From assembly GCA_965243245.1 (NCBI GenBank), contig OZ251536.1:161638-225637 (forward strand): 64,000 bases of DNA. Direction: 5' to 3'. This document shows positions 9,677 through 20,186 of this stretch, piece by piece. A program made the translations under genes and the position numbers. Position 1 is the stretch's first letter, and each line of letters opens with the position of its first letter. The notes under the pieces were generated by a model. It worked only from the letters and a program-made list of their open reading frames with translations. It was not told the origin of the DNA and ran no database searches. The stretch comes from Parvibaculaceae bacterium (GTDB lineage: Bacteria > Pseudomonadota > Alphaproteobacteria > RS24).

Positions 9677-10338
9677 AGCAAATAGAACAACATAAACTCA
9701 TTAAAAGGCTGGGCTATGATTTTCAAAACATCAAGCTATTTGAGGAAGCTCTGACACATGCCAGCGCGAATTCAGACTATAATAATGAACATTTAGAGTT
9801 TTTAGGAGATCGGGTGTTGGGATTGGTTATTGCTGATTATTTACGGCTGGCTTATCCCAAAGAGGCAGAGGGGAAATGGGCAAAACGTCTTGCTGTTTTG
9901 ACCAGCCGCGTTGTTTGTGCTGAGGTTGCGCAAAAATATAATATGCAAGCGGCTCTTATTGCTGATAAGAGAAATTGGCAAAATATGCCTTCTCATAATG
10001 TGATGGCTAATTTATGTGAAGCTGTAATTGCTGCTATTTATTTGGATGGAGGGTTGCTTTGCGCTCAAAATTTCATTTTCAAAGCTTGGCACGATATTTT
10101 TGAAAACCAGCCAGAGGTGCCTATTAGCGATAAAGAAGCGTTGCAGGAATTTGCTTTGGCAAATGGACTTGGCTTGCCGCGTTATAAAAAAATCAGTCAA
10201 ACGGGGCCAGACCATAAGCCTGAAATTACGGTGCTGGTCTCTTTGTCCGACAACCTATCTGCAAAGGCGAGTGAAAGTTCTAAAAAGCAAGCTGAACATA
10301 AAGCAGCGCAGGCTTTACTTGAAGCCTTAAAGAATTAG
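9673..10338 (+). CDS. rnc: Ribonuclease III
   Basis: ALTHAS...NEHLEFLGDRVLGL signature plus a C-terminal dsRBD (KQAEHKAAQALLEAL). Confidence 0.92.
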   Translation: MKQIEQHKLIKRLGYDFQNIKLFEEALTHASANSDYNNEHLEFLGDRVLGLVIADYLRLAYPKEAEGKWAKRLAVLTSRVVCAEVAQKYNMQAALIADKRNWQNMPSHNVMANLCEAVIAAIYLDGGLLCAQNFIFKAWHDIFENQPEVPISDKEALQEFALANGLGLPRYKKISQTGPDHKPEITVLVSLSDNLSAKASESSKKQAEHKAAQALLEALKN

Positions 10339-10344
10339 ACCATT

Positions 10345-11253
10345 ATGGTAATGAAAATGAATGATACAAGGTTTGGGTTTGTTGCGGTCATCGGGCCGCC
10401 TAATGCTGGGAAATCAACTTTAGCCAATGCTTTGATTGGACAAAAAGTATCTATTGTGACGCATAAAACGCAAACGACGCGGGCACGCTTGCGCGGCGTT
10501 GTTATAGAGGGCAAGGCGCAAATCATATTGGTTGATACGCCGGGTGTGTTTGATGGCCAGCGTAAAATGGACAGGGCTATGGTTCATGAGGCATGGGCAG
10601 GGGCAAATGATGCTGACGTTATTGCGGTCGTGCTGGATGTTAGCAAAAGGCTACCAAAGGAAACAGAAATGGTGCTTGCAGGTATTCAGGAAACGACAAA
10701 GCCTGTGATGCTTATTTTGAACAAAATAGATGCGGTGCGACATGAAACGCTTTTGGGCTTGGTCGATGAGTTGAGTAAAAAAGCAAATTTTAAAGAAATT
10801 TTCATGGTATCGGCTCTTAAAGAGCAAGGTTTGGAAGAGCTGCGTCAATGCCTTAGCATGGCTGTACCAGAGGGGGTTTGGCAATATCCAGAAGATATGG
10901 CGGCGGATGTACCTTCATTGTTTCTGGCGGCGGAGGTCACGCGCGAGAAACTATTTTTGCGAATGCATCAAGAGCTGCCTTATGCGCTGACGGTTGAAAC
11001 CGAAAAATGGACGCGCCAGAAAAATGGAAGTGTAAAAATCGAGCAAGTTATTTATGTGCGCCGCGATACGCAAAAAGCGATTATTTTAGGCAAAAATGGA
11101 CGCGCAATCAAAGAAATTGGACAACAGGCGCGGCTTGATATGGAAGAGATATTTGACCACCGTGTCCATTTATTTTTGTTTGTCAAAGTGCGTGAGAATT
11201 GGATTGAAGACCCAGAGCGCATGCGCATGATGGGGATTACCTCTTCATTTTAA
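10345..11253 (+). CDS. era: GTPase Era
   Basis: G1 GPPNAGKST, G3 DTPG, G4 NKID, and a KH domain at the C-terminus. It follows rnc. Confidence 0.93.
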   Translation: MVMKMNDTRFGFVAVIGPPNAGKSTLANALIGQKVSIVTHKTQTTRARLRGVVIEGKAQIILVDTPGVFDGQRKMDRAMVHEAWAGANDADVIAVVLDVSKRLPKETEMVLAGIQETTKPVMLILNKIDAVRHETLLGLVDELSKKANFKEIFMVSALKEQGLEELRQCLSMAVPEGVWQYPEDMAADVPSLFLAAEVTREKLFLRMHQELPYALTVETEKWTRQKNGSVKIEQVIYVRRDTQKAIILGKNGRAIKEIGQQARLDMEEIFDHRVHLFLFVKVRENWIEDPERMRMMGITSSF

Positions 11254-11271
11254 ACCAATCGGAGAACAGCC

Positions 11272-12027
11272 ATGGAGTGGCAGGCAGAAGCAACCGTTCT
11301 AAGTTCACGCCCGCATGGTGAAACAGCCGCCATTATTGAGGTTATCACAGAAGAAAATGGCCGTTTTGCGGGGCTTGTGCGCGGCGGTATTGGACGGCGC
11401 TTAAGACCTGTCTTACAAATGGGTAATCGAGTGCAAGCATGTTGGCGTGCCAGATTATCTGCTCACCTTGGTACTTTTACAGTTGAGCCGATTAAATTGC
11501 GGGCCGGTTTAGCGTTGCATGATCCTTTGCATCTGGCAGCTCTTAGGGCCTTATGCGATATGGCGCGAATTTTCCCCGAACGCCAAGCCTATCCGCGCTT
11601 GGCACGGGCTTTTGAGAGCTTAATTGAATGTCTTGATAGTCCGTCTGTTTGGCCCGCCGTTTTTATAAGGTTTGAGTTGGCTATGTTGGATGAATTGGGA
11701 TTTGGGCTTGATTTAACCCGTTGTGCGGCAACTGGAAGTCATCATAATTTGACGCATATTTCGCCCACAAGCGGGCGGGCGGTATCGGCAGTTGCGGCTG
11801 AACCCTATTTGGATAGGCTTTTTATCATCCCGCCGTTTTTTATTGACCCTTTGGCTCAGGTAAGAGCCGCTGATCTGAAGGCTGGTTTTGAGATAACCGA
11901 ATATTTTTTAAGTAAGCGACTTTATTATTCTATGGATGAAACCATCCCTGAGAGCAGAGCAAGAATGCTTTTTTTGTTGTTGCGTGATAGCGCGCTGGCG
12001 AATCTTGATATAAAAGCGCATGACTGA
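11272..12027 (+). CDS. recO: DNA repair protein RecO
   Basis: Conserved position after era, matching size, and an N-terminal OB-fold-like sequence (EATVLSSRPHGETAAIIEVIT). Confidence 0.85.
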   Translation: MEWQAEATVLSSRPHGETAAIIEVITEENGRFAGLVRGGIGRRLRPVLQMGNRVQACWRARLSAHLGTFTVEPIKLRAGLALHDPLHLAALRALCDMARIFPERQAYPRLARAFESLIECLDSPSVWPAVFIRFELAMLDELGFGLDLTRCAATGSHHNLTHISPTSGRAVSAVAAEPYLDRLFIIPPFFIDPLAQVRAADLKAGFEITEYFLSKRLYYSMDETIPESRARMLFLLLRDSALANLDIKAHD

Positions 12028-14275
12028 AGTAACATTGCCAGAGGACGGCGCGGCGAAAAACATTACCTTGCGCGAAGCATTAGAAACGCGTTATTTGGCT
12101 TACGCGCTTTCCACCATCACAAACCGTGCCTTGCCAGATGCGCGTGATGGCTTGAAACCGGTCCACCGCCGCCTGCTTTTTGCTATGCGTCAGCTTAAGC
12201 TAGACCCAGATCAGGGGTTTAAAAAATGCGCGCGCGTTGTTGGGGATGTGATCGGGCGGTATCACCCGCATGGCGATCAGGCGGTATATGACACGATGGT
12301 GCGGTTGGCACAAGATTTTGCTGTTCGCTATCCTTTAGTGGATGGGCAGGGTAATTTTGGCAATATTGACGGGGATAGTGCTGCTGCGATGCGTTACACC
12401 GAAGCGCGGATGACCGAAATTGCGAGCTTGTTGCTACAAGACCTTAATCAAGATACGGTTGATTTCAGAGTGACATATGATGGTGAGGATGAAGAGCCAA
12501 TTGTCTTGCCGGGGGCATTTCCGAATCTTTTGGCAAATGGTTCAACAGGTATTGCCGTTGGTATGGCGACTAATATTCCGCCCCATAATGTCAGTGAATT
12601 ATGTCATGCGGCATTACATCTTATTAAAGCACCAAATGCTCGCATTGATAGATTATTTGAATATGTGAAGGGGCCTGATTTTCCAACCGGCGGGATTATT
12701 GTTGAACCGCTGGAAAATATTCGCCAGTGCTATGCAACAGGGCGAGGGTCGATACGTCTGCGTGCCCGTTATGAGGTAGAAAACCTTGAGCATGGAACAT
12801 GGCAAATTATTATTACTGAAATTCCATATCAGATTCAAAAATCGCGCTTGATTGAAAAAATTGCCGAGCTGATGCAAGCCAAAGCACTACCAATGCTCGA
12901 TGATATTCGTGATGAGAGTGCCGAAGATATCAGACTCGTTATTATCCCTAAAAGCAAAAATATGCAGCCAGAGCAAGTTATGTCTGTTTTATTCAGGCAA
13001 ACCGATTTAGAAACGCGTTATTCTGTCAACCTCAATGTCTTGAATTCAGAAGGCGTGCCGGGTGTTTTGAATTTGCGAGAATTGCTTTTGGAATGGCTTA
13101 ATCACCGTAAATTGGTTTTAATGCGCAAAAGTAAATTTCGGCTTAGAAAAATTGATGCGCGGCTTGAAGTTTTGGATGGGTATTTGATTGCTTATCTTAA
13201 TCTTGATGAGGTTATTCGCATTATTCGTGAAGAAGATGACCCTCAGGCTGAAATGATGCAAGCTTTTGGATTAAATCAAACTCAGGCGGAAGCCATTTTG
13301 AATATGCGCCTTCGCGCTTTGCGTAAGCTTGAAGAAATGATTATAAAAACGGAGCATATAAGCCTTGAAGATGAACGCAAAGAACTCAACACTTTGCTGG
13401 GTTCAGACGAAAATCAATGGCACATTATCGGTGATGAGGTTAAGGCCCTTAAAAAAACTTATGCTCTTAAATCTTTGCTTGGACAACGGCGCACAAGTTT
13501 TGCCCTGCTTAATGAAGAAAATGAAGCACCGCTTGATATACTGATTGAAAAAGAACCTATAACTATTATCTGTTCGCAAAAGGGCTGGGTGCGTGCGATG
13601 AAAGGGCATTTAGAAAATGTTAAGGATGTAAAATATAAAACGAGTGATACGGCAAAATTTGTTTTTCATGCTCAAACGACTGATAAATTGGTTGTTATTG
13701 CATCTAACGGACGCGCTTATATTATTGAGGCGAGTAAGCTGGCGAGTGGGCGCGGCAATGGAGAACCTCTTTCTTTGATGATAGACTTGCAATCTTGCGA
13801 TGAGATTATTCAGATTTTCAGTTATGATGAAGCCCGCAAACTTGTTATGGCAACCCGAACGGGTAACGGATTTGTGGTTGAAGAAAATGAACTTTTCAAT
13901 AATCGTCGTGCGGGTAAGCAAATTGTTAATGTTAAATCCTCTGATGAGCTCTTATGCTGTGTGCCGGTTGTCGGAACGCATCTTGCGGCGTTAGGTGAAA
14001 ACCGCAAATTATTAATTTTTGAATTATCTGAGCTTCCGCTTATGACGCGCGGTAAGGGCGTTCGGTTGCAAAAATACACCGATGGCGCACTGGCTGATAT
14101 TCGGTGTTTTGATAAAAATGACGGCTTGACGGTGATTGATAAAGCGGGACGCTCGCGTTTGTTCGAAAACTTGAAAGAATGGGAAGGTATCCGCGCACAA
14201 GCGGGCCGTATTCGCCCCAAAGGGTTTCCCGCTAATGGTCTTATGGGGCCTGCTTTTAAAAACAAAATGGCATAA
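12020..14275 (+). CDS. parC: DNA topoisomerase IV subunit A
   Basis: LPDARDGLKPVHRRLLFAM, GRYHPHGDQAVYDTMVRLAQ, AAAMRYTEARM. The call of ParC over GyrA rests on size (751 aa) and the degenerate C-terminal repeats. Confidence 0.88.
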   Translation: MTEVTLPEDGAAKNITLREALETRYLAYALSTITNRALPDARDGLKPVHRRLLFAMRQLKLDPDQGFKKCARVVGDVIGRYHPHGDQAVYDTMVRLAQDFAVRYPLVDGQGNFGNIDGDSAAAMRYTEARMTEIASLLLQDLNQDTVDFRVTYDGEDEEPIVLPGAFPNLLANGSTGIAVGMATNIPPHNVSELCHAALHLIKAPNARIDRLFEYVKGPDFPTGGIIVEPLENIRQCYATGRGSIRLRARYEVENLEHGTWQIIITEIPYQIQKSRLIEKIAELMQAKALPMLDDIRDESAEDIRLVIIPKSKNMQPEQVMSVLFRQTDLETRYSVNLNVLNSEGVPGVLNLRELLLEWLNHRKLVLMRKSKFRLRKIDARLEVLDGYLIAYLNLDEVIRIIREEDDPQAEMMQAFGLNQTQAEAILNMRLRALRKLEEMIIKTEHISLEDERKELNTLLGSDENQWHIIGDEVKALKKTYALKSLLGQRRTSFALLNEENEAPLDILIEKEPITIICSQKGWVRAMKGHLENVKDVKYKTSDTAKFVFHAQTTDKLVVIASNGRAYIIEASKLASGRGNGEPLSLMIDLQSCDEIIQIFSYDEARKLVMATRTGNGFVVEENELFNNRRAGKQIVNVKSSDELLCCVPVVGTHLAALGENRKLLIFELSELPLMTRGKGVRLQKYTDGALADIRCFDKNDGLTVIDKAGRSRLFENLKEWEGIRAQAGRIRPKGFPANGLMGPAFKNKMA

Positions 14276-14278
14276 TAA

Positions 14279-15826
14279 TTATCCGAAAATTTGTTCTGGC
14301 AACCAGACGATAAGCTCTGGCAAATAGACGAGCAATGCAATCAAAGCAATCTGTATTAAAACAAAAGGTATCACGCCTTTATAAATTTCTGTGGTTTTGA
14401 GACTGTCAGGTGCAACGCCGCGTAGGTAAAATAAGGTAAACCCAAATGGCGGCGTCAGAAATGATGTTTGAAGATTCAAAGCCATCATAATGCCAAGCCA
14501 GATAGGATCAAAACCTAAGTGAAACAATATAGGCGCAACAATCGGCACAACCACAAATATAATTTCGATAAAATCAAGGAAGAAGCCTAATAAAAACATA
14601 AGCAGCATGACACTAAACAGAACGACCATGGGTCCTCCGGGGAGGTTAATTAGAAATTCATGCACAAATTCATCGCCTTCAAACCCGCGAAAAACGAGAC
14701 TGAACAAAGCCGCGCCAATCAAAATAATAAACACCATAGAAGTGATGCGTGATGTACGCATCATGACGTCACTTAATATTTTATTTTCATAGGTGCGTTT
14801 GAGGCTTGTTGCGAGACCGATTAAAAACACACCGCATAAGCCAAAAGCGATAATAATGCCGATTTGTGAGGAAAATGTAGGGGCGTTAAGATTGAGACGT
14901 AGATCAAACATATTAGTTAAAACGATAAGTCCGCCCAATGACACGGCGGCGAGGCGGATGCGTTTTGACCCGTTTTGAAGCCTATCGCCTGCCAATAATA
15001 ATGTGCCTATGGCACCAACAGCGGCGGCTTCGGTTGGTGTTGCGATACCGGTTAGAATTGCACCTAACACGGACACAATCAAAATGATTGGTGCGAGCAA
15101 ACTTGTCATAATGGTGCTAAATGAAACGGGTTCAGTGTCCTCAAAGGCGGGGGCGGATTCTGGTTTGAAGAATGCCCAGCCAAGTTGATAAATAATATAA
15201 AGACCAACGAGTAATAATCCGGGGATGAGGGCACCTGCAAAAAGTTCACCAACAGAAACCGTTTTAGGTGAAAAAATACCCATTTCAAGCTGTGTCTTTT
15301 GATAGGCATTTGCGATGACATCGCTGAGTAAAATCAACACAATGGATGGCGGGATGATTTGTCCCAAAGTACCGGCCGCGCTTATCGTGCCGGCCGTTAG
15401 AGATGGATTATACCCGCGTTTGAGCATAGTTGGCAGTGACATCAACCCCATTGTTACAACGGTTGCGCCGACAATTCCGGTAGATGCGGCGAGCAAAGCC
15501 CCAACTATAATGACCGAGATGCCAAGTCCGCCGCGCATTTTACCAAATAGACGCCCCATATTTTCTAGCAGCTCTTCTGCAATACGTGAACGCTCCAGCA
15601 TCGTTCCCATAAAAATAAACAAAGGAACAGCAATGAGTACTTTATTTGTCATTGTCCCAAAAATACGTTGCGGTAAAGCTTGTAAAAAGGCGTAATCAAA
15701 TAGATCTACGCTGATGCCGATAAGGGCAAACAACAAAGCAACGCCGCCAAGAGTGAAAGCAACTGGAAAACCAATAAGCAAAAAAACCAGGGCTGCCGCA
15801 AACATGCAAAGGGCTAGGATTTCCAT
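14279..15826 (-). CDS. TRAP transporter large permease subunit (DctM family, extended, 515 aa)
   Basis: Polytopic membrane protein with DctM-like motifs, located directly downstream of the DctQ-like and DctP-like genes. Confidence 0.85.
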   Translation of the reverse strand: MEILALCMFAAALVFLLIGFPVAFTLGGVALLFALIGISVDLFDYAFLQALPQRIFGTMTNKVLIAVPLFIFMGTMLERSRIAEELLENMGRLFGKMRGGLGISVIIVGALLAASTGIVGATVVTMGLMSLPTMLKRGYNPSLTAGTISAAGTLGQIIPPSIVLILLSDVIANAYQKTQLEMGIFSPKTVSVGELFAGALIPGLLLVGLYIIYQLGWAFFKPESAPAFEDTEPVSFSTIMTSLLAPIILIVSVLGAILTGIATPTEAAAVGAIGTLLLAGDRLQNGSKRIRLAAVSLGGLIVLTNMFDLRLNLNAPTFSSQIGIIIAFGLCGVFLIGLATSLKRTYENKILSDVMMRTSRITSMVFIILIGAALFSLVFRGFEGDEFVHEFLINLPGGPMVVLFSVMLLMFLLGFFLDFIEIIFVVVPIVAPILFHLGFDPIWLGIMMALNLQTSFLTPPFGFTLFYLRGVAPDSLKTTEIYKGVIPFVLIQIALIALLVYLPELIVWLPEQIFG

Positions 15827-16342
15827 TTAACTCTCTTCTTTGCCAAAAATCTGGTGCATGGATTTGAAACTTTGCGAAACACCTTGAAGGATTAAAAGCC
15901 CGGCCATAATTGGAATAATTGTTTTTAAAAGGTAAATAGCTTGAATACCGCCATTTTCAGGCGAGCCTTCTTTGACCCGCCATGATAAGGCAATATAATT
16001 TTGTGATGCATAAATAATCAGCACACAAAAGGGAATAAGAAAAACCAAACATCCAAACAAGTTCACCATGGCTTGATGGCGTTGTGACATTGCGCAATAA
16101 AAAATGTCAACGCGCACATGTTCATCGGCCAGAAGCGTGCCAGCACTTGCAAGCATAAATAACATAGCATGCATATAGATGATGCTTTCTTGTATTTGCA
16201 CCGAGCCAGTGCCAAAGACATAACGCATGATAACCACAAAGATTTGTACCAAGACCATACCAAGCGATAACCAAGCAACGAGCTTTAAAATAAGCGTGTT
16301 AAGCTCATCAATAGCTGCTGAAATTTTCATAAGCTGTTGCAT
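15827..16342 (-). CDS. TRAP transporter small permease subunit (DctQ family)
   Basis: Four-helix small membrane protein between the DctP-like and DctM-like genes. I chose the start at ATG 16342 to avoid overlap with the upstream gene. Confidence 0.75.
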   Translation of the reverse strand: MQQLMKISAAIDELNTLILKLVAWLSLGMVLVQIFVVIMRYVFGTGSVQIQESIIYMHAMLFMLASAGTLLADEHVRVDIFYCAMSQRHQAMVNLFGCLVFLIPFCVLIIYASQNYIALSWRVKEGSPENGGIQAIYLLKTIIPIMAGLLILQGVSQSFKSMHQIFGKEES

Positions 16343-16353
16343 TCTAAGTACCC

Positions 16354-17442
16354 TTAAAGGCGGTGTTTCAAAAAACCTTCTTCGGCAAAAGGCGACCATT
16401 TTTTATAAAAACCCATAGCCTTCATAGCACTATCATAGACACGTTTGGCAAGGTCGCTTTTTTGCGACACTTCCTGCATTACTTCTTGAGCCGTTTCTTG
16501 CAAAGCTAGCATAATGTCATCAGAGAAGTTTCGCGGGGTAATATTATGTTGGGTTTTCAGATTATGTAAGGCACGGGCATTATTATGAAAAAATTTGGCA
16601 TTGGTGCTATGTGTTTCAGCTTGGAACGCGGTTTTTAGAATTTCTTGATGCTTTTTGCTTAAACTATTCCAGACCTCAAGATTTATGCCCGTTGCCAAAG
16701 CACCATTGGATTCATGAAAACCGGGCGAGTAAAAATATTTGCTAATTTGATAAAAACCGAGTGCCATATCATTCCAAGGCCCAACCCATTCAGCCGCATC
16801 AAGCGCACCAGATTGCAAAGCAGCATATAATTCACCGCCCGGCAGAAGCACCGGCAAAGCCCCCCGTCGGCGGATGACTTCGCCGCCCAGCCCCGGCATC
16901 CGTATTTTCAAGCCTTTGAAATCTTCAATCGTGTCAATAGGCTTATTGTACCAACCACCAGATTGCGTGCCAGTATCGCCAGATATAAAGGATTTAATAT
17001 TAAACGGTGCCGTTAATTCATCCCAAAGTTGTTGGCCGCCGCCAAACTCAATCCATGCAGAAAATTCAATTGCCGTCATACCAAAAGGCCAAGTGGTGAA
17101 GAAACCAAATACAGGGTCCTTACCTTGCCAGTAATATTCGGCGCCATGATACATATCTGCCGTGCCCGTCGAGACAGCATCAAAAGCCTCTAAAGCACCG
17201 ACAAGCTCGCCTGCGGCATAAACTTTAATCTCCAATTCGCCATCAGATATGAGCTTTACCCGCTTGGCAATATTTTCAGGTGCCGTGCCAAGACCGGGAA
17301 AGTTCTTTGGCCAAGTCGTAACCTGCCTTAAGCGTCGACGCCCTTTGGCATAGGCCGGCGCATAAGGGCTAAAAGCAACGCTCGTTGCCCCAAGTCCTGC
17401 GGCTCCGGTAAGAATATTACGGCGCGTGATTTTCTTAGACAT
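16354..17442 (-). CDS. TRAP transporter substrate-binding protein (DctP family) with a twin-arginine signal
   Basis: MSKKITRRNILTGAAGLGATSVAFSPYAPAYA is a Tat-type signal, followed by a DctP-like body. Substrate unknown. Confidence 0.85.
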   Translation of the reverse strand: MSKKITRRNILTGAAGLGATSVAFSPYAPAYAKGRRRLRQVTTWPKNFPGLGTAPENIAKRVKLISDGELEIKVYAAGELVGALEAFDAVSTGTADMYHGAEYYWQGKDPVFGFFTTWPFGMTAIEFSAWIEFGGGQQLWDELTAPFNIKSFISGDTGTQSGGWYNKPIDTIEDFKGLKIRMPGLGGEVIRRRGALPVLLPGGELYAALQSGALDAAEWVGPWNDMALGFYQISKYFYSPGFHESNGALATGINLEVWNSLSKKHQEILKTAFQAETHSTNAKFFHNNARALHNLKTQHNITPRNFSDDIMLALQETAQEVMQEVSQKSDLAKRVYDSAMKAMGFYKKWSPFAEEGFLKHRL

Positions 17443-17464
17443 ATATGTAACTTTCAAAGAGTAT

Positions 17465-18187
17465 TTAATTTTTCGAGGGCTTCCACCCACTTTCAGTTAG
17501 TTTTTCAAGCGGTTTGAAACGCTCCTTATACATCATTTTTTGACAATTTTCTATCCAATACCCCAAATAGAGATATTTTAACCCCGCCTCGCGTGTGCGT
17601 TGTATCTGGTCCAAGATCATGAAAGTGCCAAGACTGCGTTTGTCCAGTTCAGGGTCATAAAATGAATAGACCATAGATAACCCATCTGAGAGCCGATCAA
17701 TGAGGCAAACGCCAATCAACTCATTATTTGGGGTTGTATATTCTACCAGATGAGTATCCACGCTTGTGTCTTCAACCATCGCTGTATAATCAAAAAAAGT
17801 CATATCGCTCATGCCGCCATCTTTATGTCGGTGCTCTAGATATTTGCATAAAAGGTCGAATTGTTTTTTATGTGTTTCGGTTTTTAGGTGAACGCCTTTG
17901 AGGTCTGCGTTTTTCTTTAGAATTCTTTGAAAACTAGAAGACGCCACAAAGGCTTGGGCTTTAACGCGAACAGAGATACATGCCTGACAGTTTTCGCATG
18001 AATGTTTATAAAGGATATTTTGACTCCGCCGGAATCCTGCATGGGTTAGTACGTCGTTAAGGGCATTGGCATTTTGGTCAGATAAATGCGTAAAAATTTT
18101 TTTCTCAATTTTGCCGTCAAGATAAGGACAAGGAGCTGGCGGTGTCATATAAAACAGCGGCAGTTTATTGTGTTCAAATTCTTTCAT
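17465..18187 (-). CDS. bpt: Arginyltransferase-family aminoacyl-tRNA-protein transferase (Bpt/ATE type)
   Basis: CPYL near the N-terminus, FRRSQN, CxxCxAC (CENCQACISVRV) and a YLGYWI motif near the C-terminus. Confidence 0.8.
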   Translation of the reverse strand: MKEFEHNKLPLFYMTPPAPCPYLDGKIEKKIFTHLSDQNANALNDVLTHAGFRRSQNILYKHSCENCQACISVRVKAQAFVASSSFQRILKKNADLKGVHLKTETHKKQFDLLCKYLEHRHKDGGMSDMTFFDYTAMVEDTSVDTHLVEYTTPNNELIGVCLIDRLSDGLSMVYSFYDPELDKRSLGTFMILDQIQRTREAGLKYLYLGYWIENCQKMMYKERFKPLEKLTESGWKPSKN

Positions 18188-18196
18188 GGCCCTATC

Positions 18197-20056
18197 TTAA
18201 GCGTGAAAATACCAAGGCGCAAACAAAGAATAAGTCAGCCAGATGATAAAAATGAGCGGCAAGCCACAACGTAGAAAATCTTTAAATTGATAATTACCCG
18301 GTGTCATGACCAGCAAGTTGGTTTGATAAGCAAAGGGGGTTGCAAAAGAACAATTGGCGGCAAAAATAACAGCAAAAACGAAGGCTTCAACAGGCATTGC
18401 GAGACTATTAGACAGACTCAAGGCAATCGGGGTGAACAAAACGGCTGTGGCATTATTACTCAAGATATTTGTGACAAGAGCGCATAATAAGAAAAAAGCC
18501 GATAAGATAATCCACGGATTAAAATTCTCGAACAAGGTGATGAAGCTCGTTGCCAAATATACCGCGCCGCCCGTCTTTGCCATCGCTGTGGACATGGCTA
18601 AGGCGACACCAATGGTCAAAAAAATCCGCATATCGACGCCGCGTGCGGCTTGGCGAATGTTCAAAACACCCGACACAATCATGGCGGCAGCCCCGGCTAG
18701 GGCGGCCGTCACAATGGGCACTATGTTGAGGGCCGCTAATAAAATAGTCACCCCGAAAATCAAGCGTGCTTGATTTGCATGGGCAAAATTTGGCAAATTA
18801 GAGGCTGACCATTCCAGTAATAAAACATCTCGATTTGAGCGCAACCCTTGGATTTGCTTGGTTGTGCCTAAAACCAACAGAACATCGCCCGGTTCTAATC
18901 TTATATCTTTGAGGTTTTGGCGCATCATTCGGCTTCTGCGCTGAACGCCTAAAGCGCGGCACCCTGTTTCAAAGCGAAACCCCGTTTGATAAATTGTCCG
19001 CGCTTGCATGCGTGAGCCGGGAGCAATAACAACTTCGGCAAGGGTTGGGGTTTCACCGGTAGCGTCTTTTTCAGAAGCAGATACAGAGGCACCAAAATCA
19101 GAGAGTGGATGCTCCAATGCCGAAAGTGCTTCGGTGAGTTGACGGCGCGTCGCAGCCAGTACCAAAGTGTCACCCGCTTCAAGTTCAAACCCCTCAAAAG
19201 GCGGGAGCATTGCTTTGGCGCGTCTTTCGACACTGCGTAGAGTCATGCCTGTGATTTCAGGAAAAAATCCAGCAACTGGCTTGGCACCGATCAAGGCGTT
19301 GTCACTTTTTAAGCGAAATTCGACAATATATTGTTTGCCCGAAAGTTCCTGACTTTCATCCGTTTTGGCTTCATTTATGTTTTTAAGAAAATAGGGCATG
19401 ACCAGCAAAACATAGAGTGACCCAATAAAGGCAAGCAATAAACCGGGATACGTAATAGAGAAAAAATTAATCTTTAAAAGCCCGCTTTCTTCGACCGCAC
19501 CCGCAACCAGCAGATTTGTCGATGAGCCGATAAGCGTTGTCATGCCACCAAGAATACAAATAAAACTAAGCGGCATCATCACTCGCGGCGAGGCTAATTT
19601 GACTCTATTAGCAAGCGCGCTAACGATAGGAATACACATAATGACAACGGGCGTATTGTTCAAAAATGCGCTGGCAATCATCGCCAGAATAAATAGCAAA
19701 GTTAGGGCAAAGAGTTGCGAATTAGAGGTCAAAGACATAAATCTTTCGGTCTCGCCTTCAATGGCACCAGATTGAAACAATCCCTGACCCATCACCAAAA
19801 GAGCAATAACGGCAATCAAGGCCGGATTACCAAACCCTGCCAAGAGGTCGACGGGACTGATTAAGCTTTGCGTTTCGGGGGTTATTAAAGCAGGCAGGTG
19901 AAATAACACTAAAAGAGCGATCAGAACGCAAAGCGATGTGACTTCCAATGCTATTTTTTCTAAAGCATAAGAAACCATGCCAAGTAGGATGATAAAATAT
20001 GTTCCCCACATCAGCCAATTATTGTGACCGATTGTCGTTTCAAATGAAAAATCCAT
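18197..20056 (-). CDS. SLC13/DASS-family anion permease with two internal TrkA-C (RCK C-terminal) domains
   Basis: Membrane halves flank a soluble segment of about 180 aa with two TrkA-C-like repeats (LEAGDTLVLAATRRQL; LEPGDVLLVLGTTKQI). I start at ATG 20056, because the track start at 20188 would overlap the divergent gene. Confidence 0.8.
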   Translation of the reverse strand: MDFSFETTIGHNNWLMWGTYFIILLGMVSYALEKIALEVTSLCVLIALLVLFHLPALITPETQSLISPVDLLAGFGNPALIAVIALLVMGQGLFQSGAIEGETERFMSLTSNSQLFALTLLFILAMIASAFLNNTPVVIMCIPIVSALANRVKLASPRVMMPLSFICILGGMTTLIGSSTNLLVAGAVEESGLLKINFFSITYPGLLLAFIGSLYVLLVMPYFLKNINEAKTDESQELSGKQYIVEFRLKSDNALIGAKPVAGFFPEITGMTLRSVERRAKAMLPPFEGFELEAGDTLVLAATRRQLTEALSALEHPLSDFGASVSASEKDATGETPTLAEVVIAPGSRMQARTIYQTGFRFETGCRALGVQRRSRMMRQNLKDIRLEPGDVLLVLGTTKQIQGLRSNRDVLLLEWSASNLPNFAHANQARLIFGVTILLAALNIVPIVTAALAGAAAMIVSGVLNIRQAARGVDMRIFLTIGVALAMSTAMAKTGGAVYLATSFITLFENFNPWIILSAFFLLCALVTNILSNNATAVLFTPIALSLSNSLAMPVEAFVFAVIFAANCSFATPFAYQTNLLVMTPGNYQFKDFLRCGLPLIFIIWLTYSLFAPWYFHA

Positions 20057-20186
20057 AAAGTTGCGTCCTTCGCCTCGGCGTTTGATTTCAATATGCGTAA
20101 AAAGGGGTGATTTCTCAAGGGATGATTGCGTTGTTATTTGTGCGATTATATATATAAGGTAATTCAGCCATATTTGGAGGGTCATC

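Noticed and set aside
14279-17442. TRAP transporter with an extended 515-aa DctM and a Tat-signal DctP as something unusual
   Set aside because: Both traits occur in known TRAP subfamilies. Nothing in the sequence points to a novel function, and the substrate cannot be inferred by eye.
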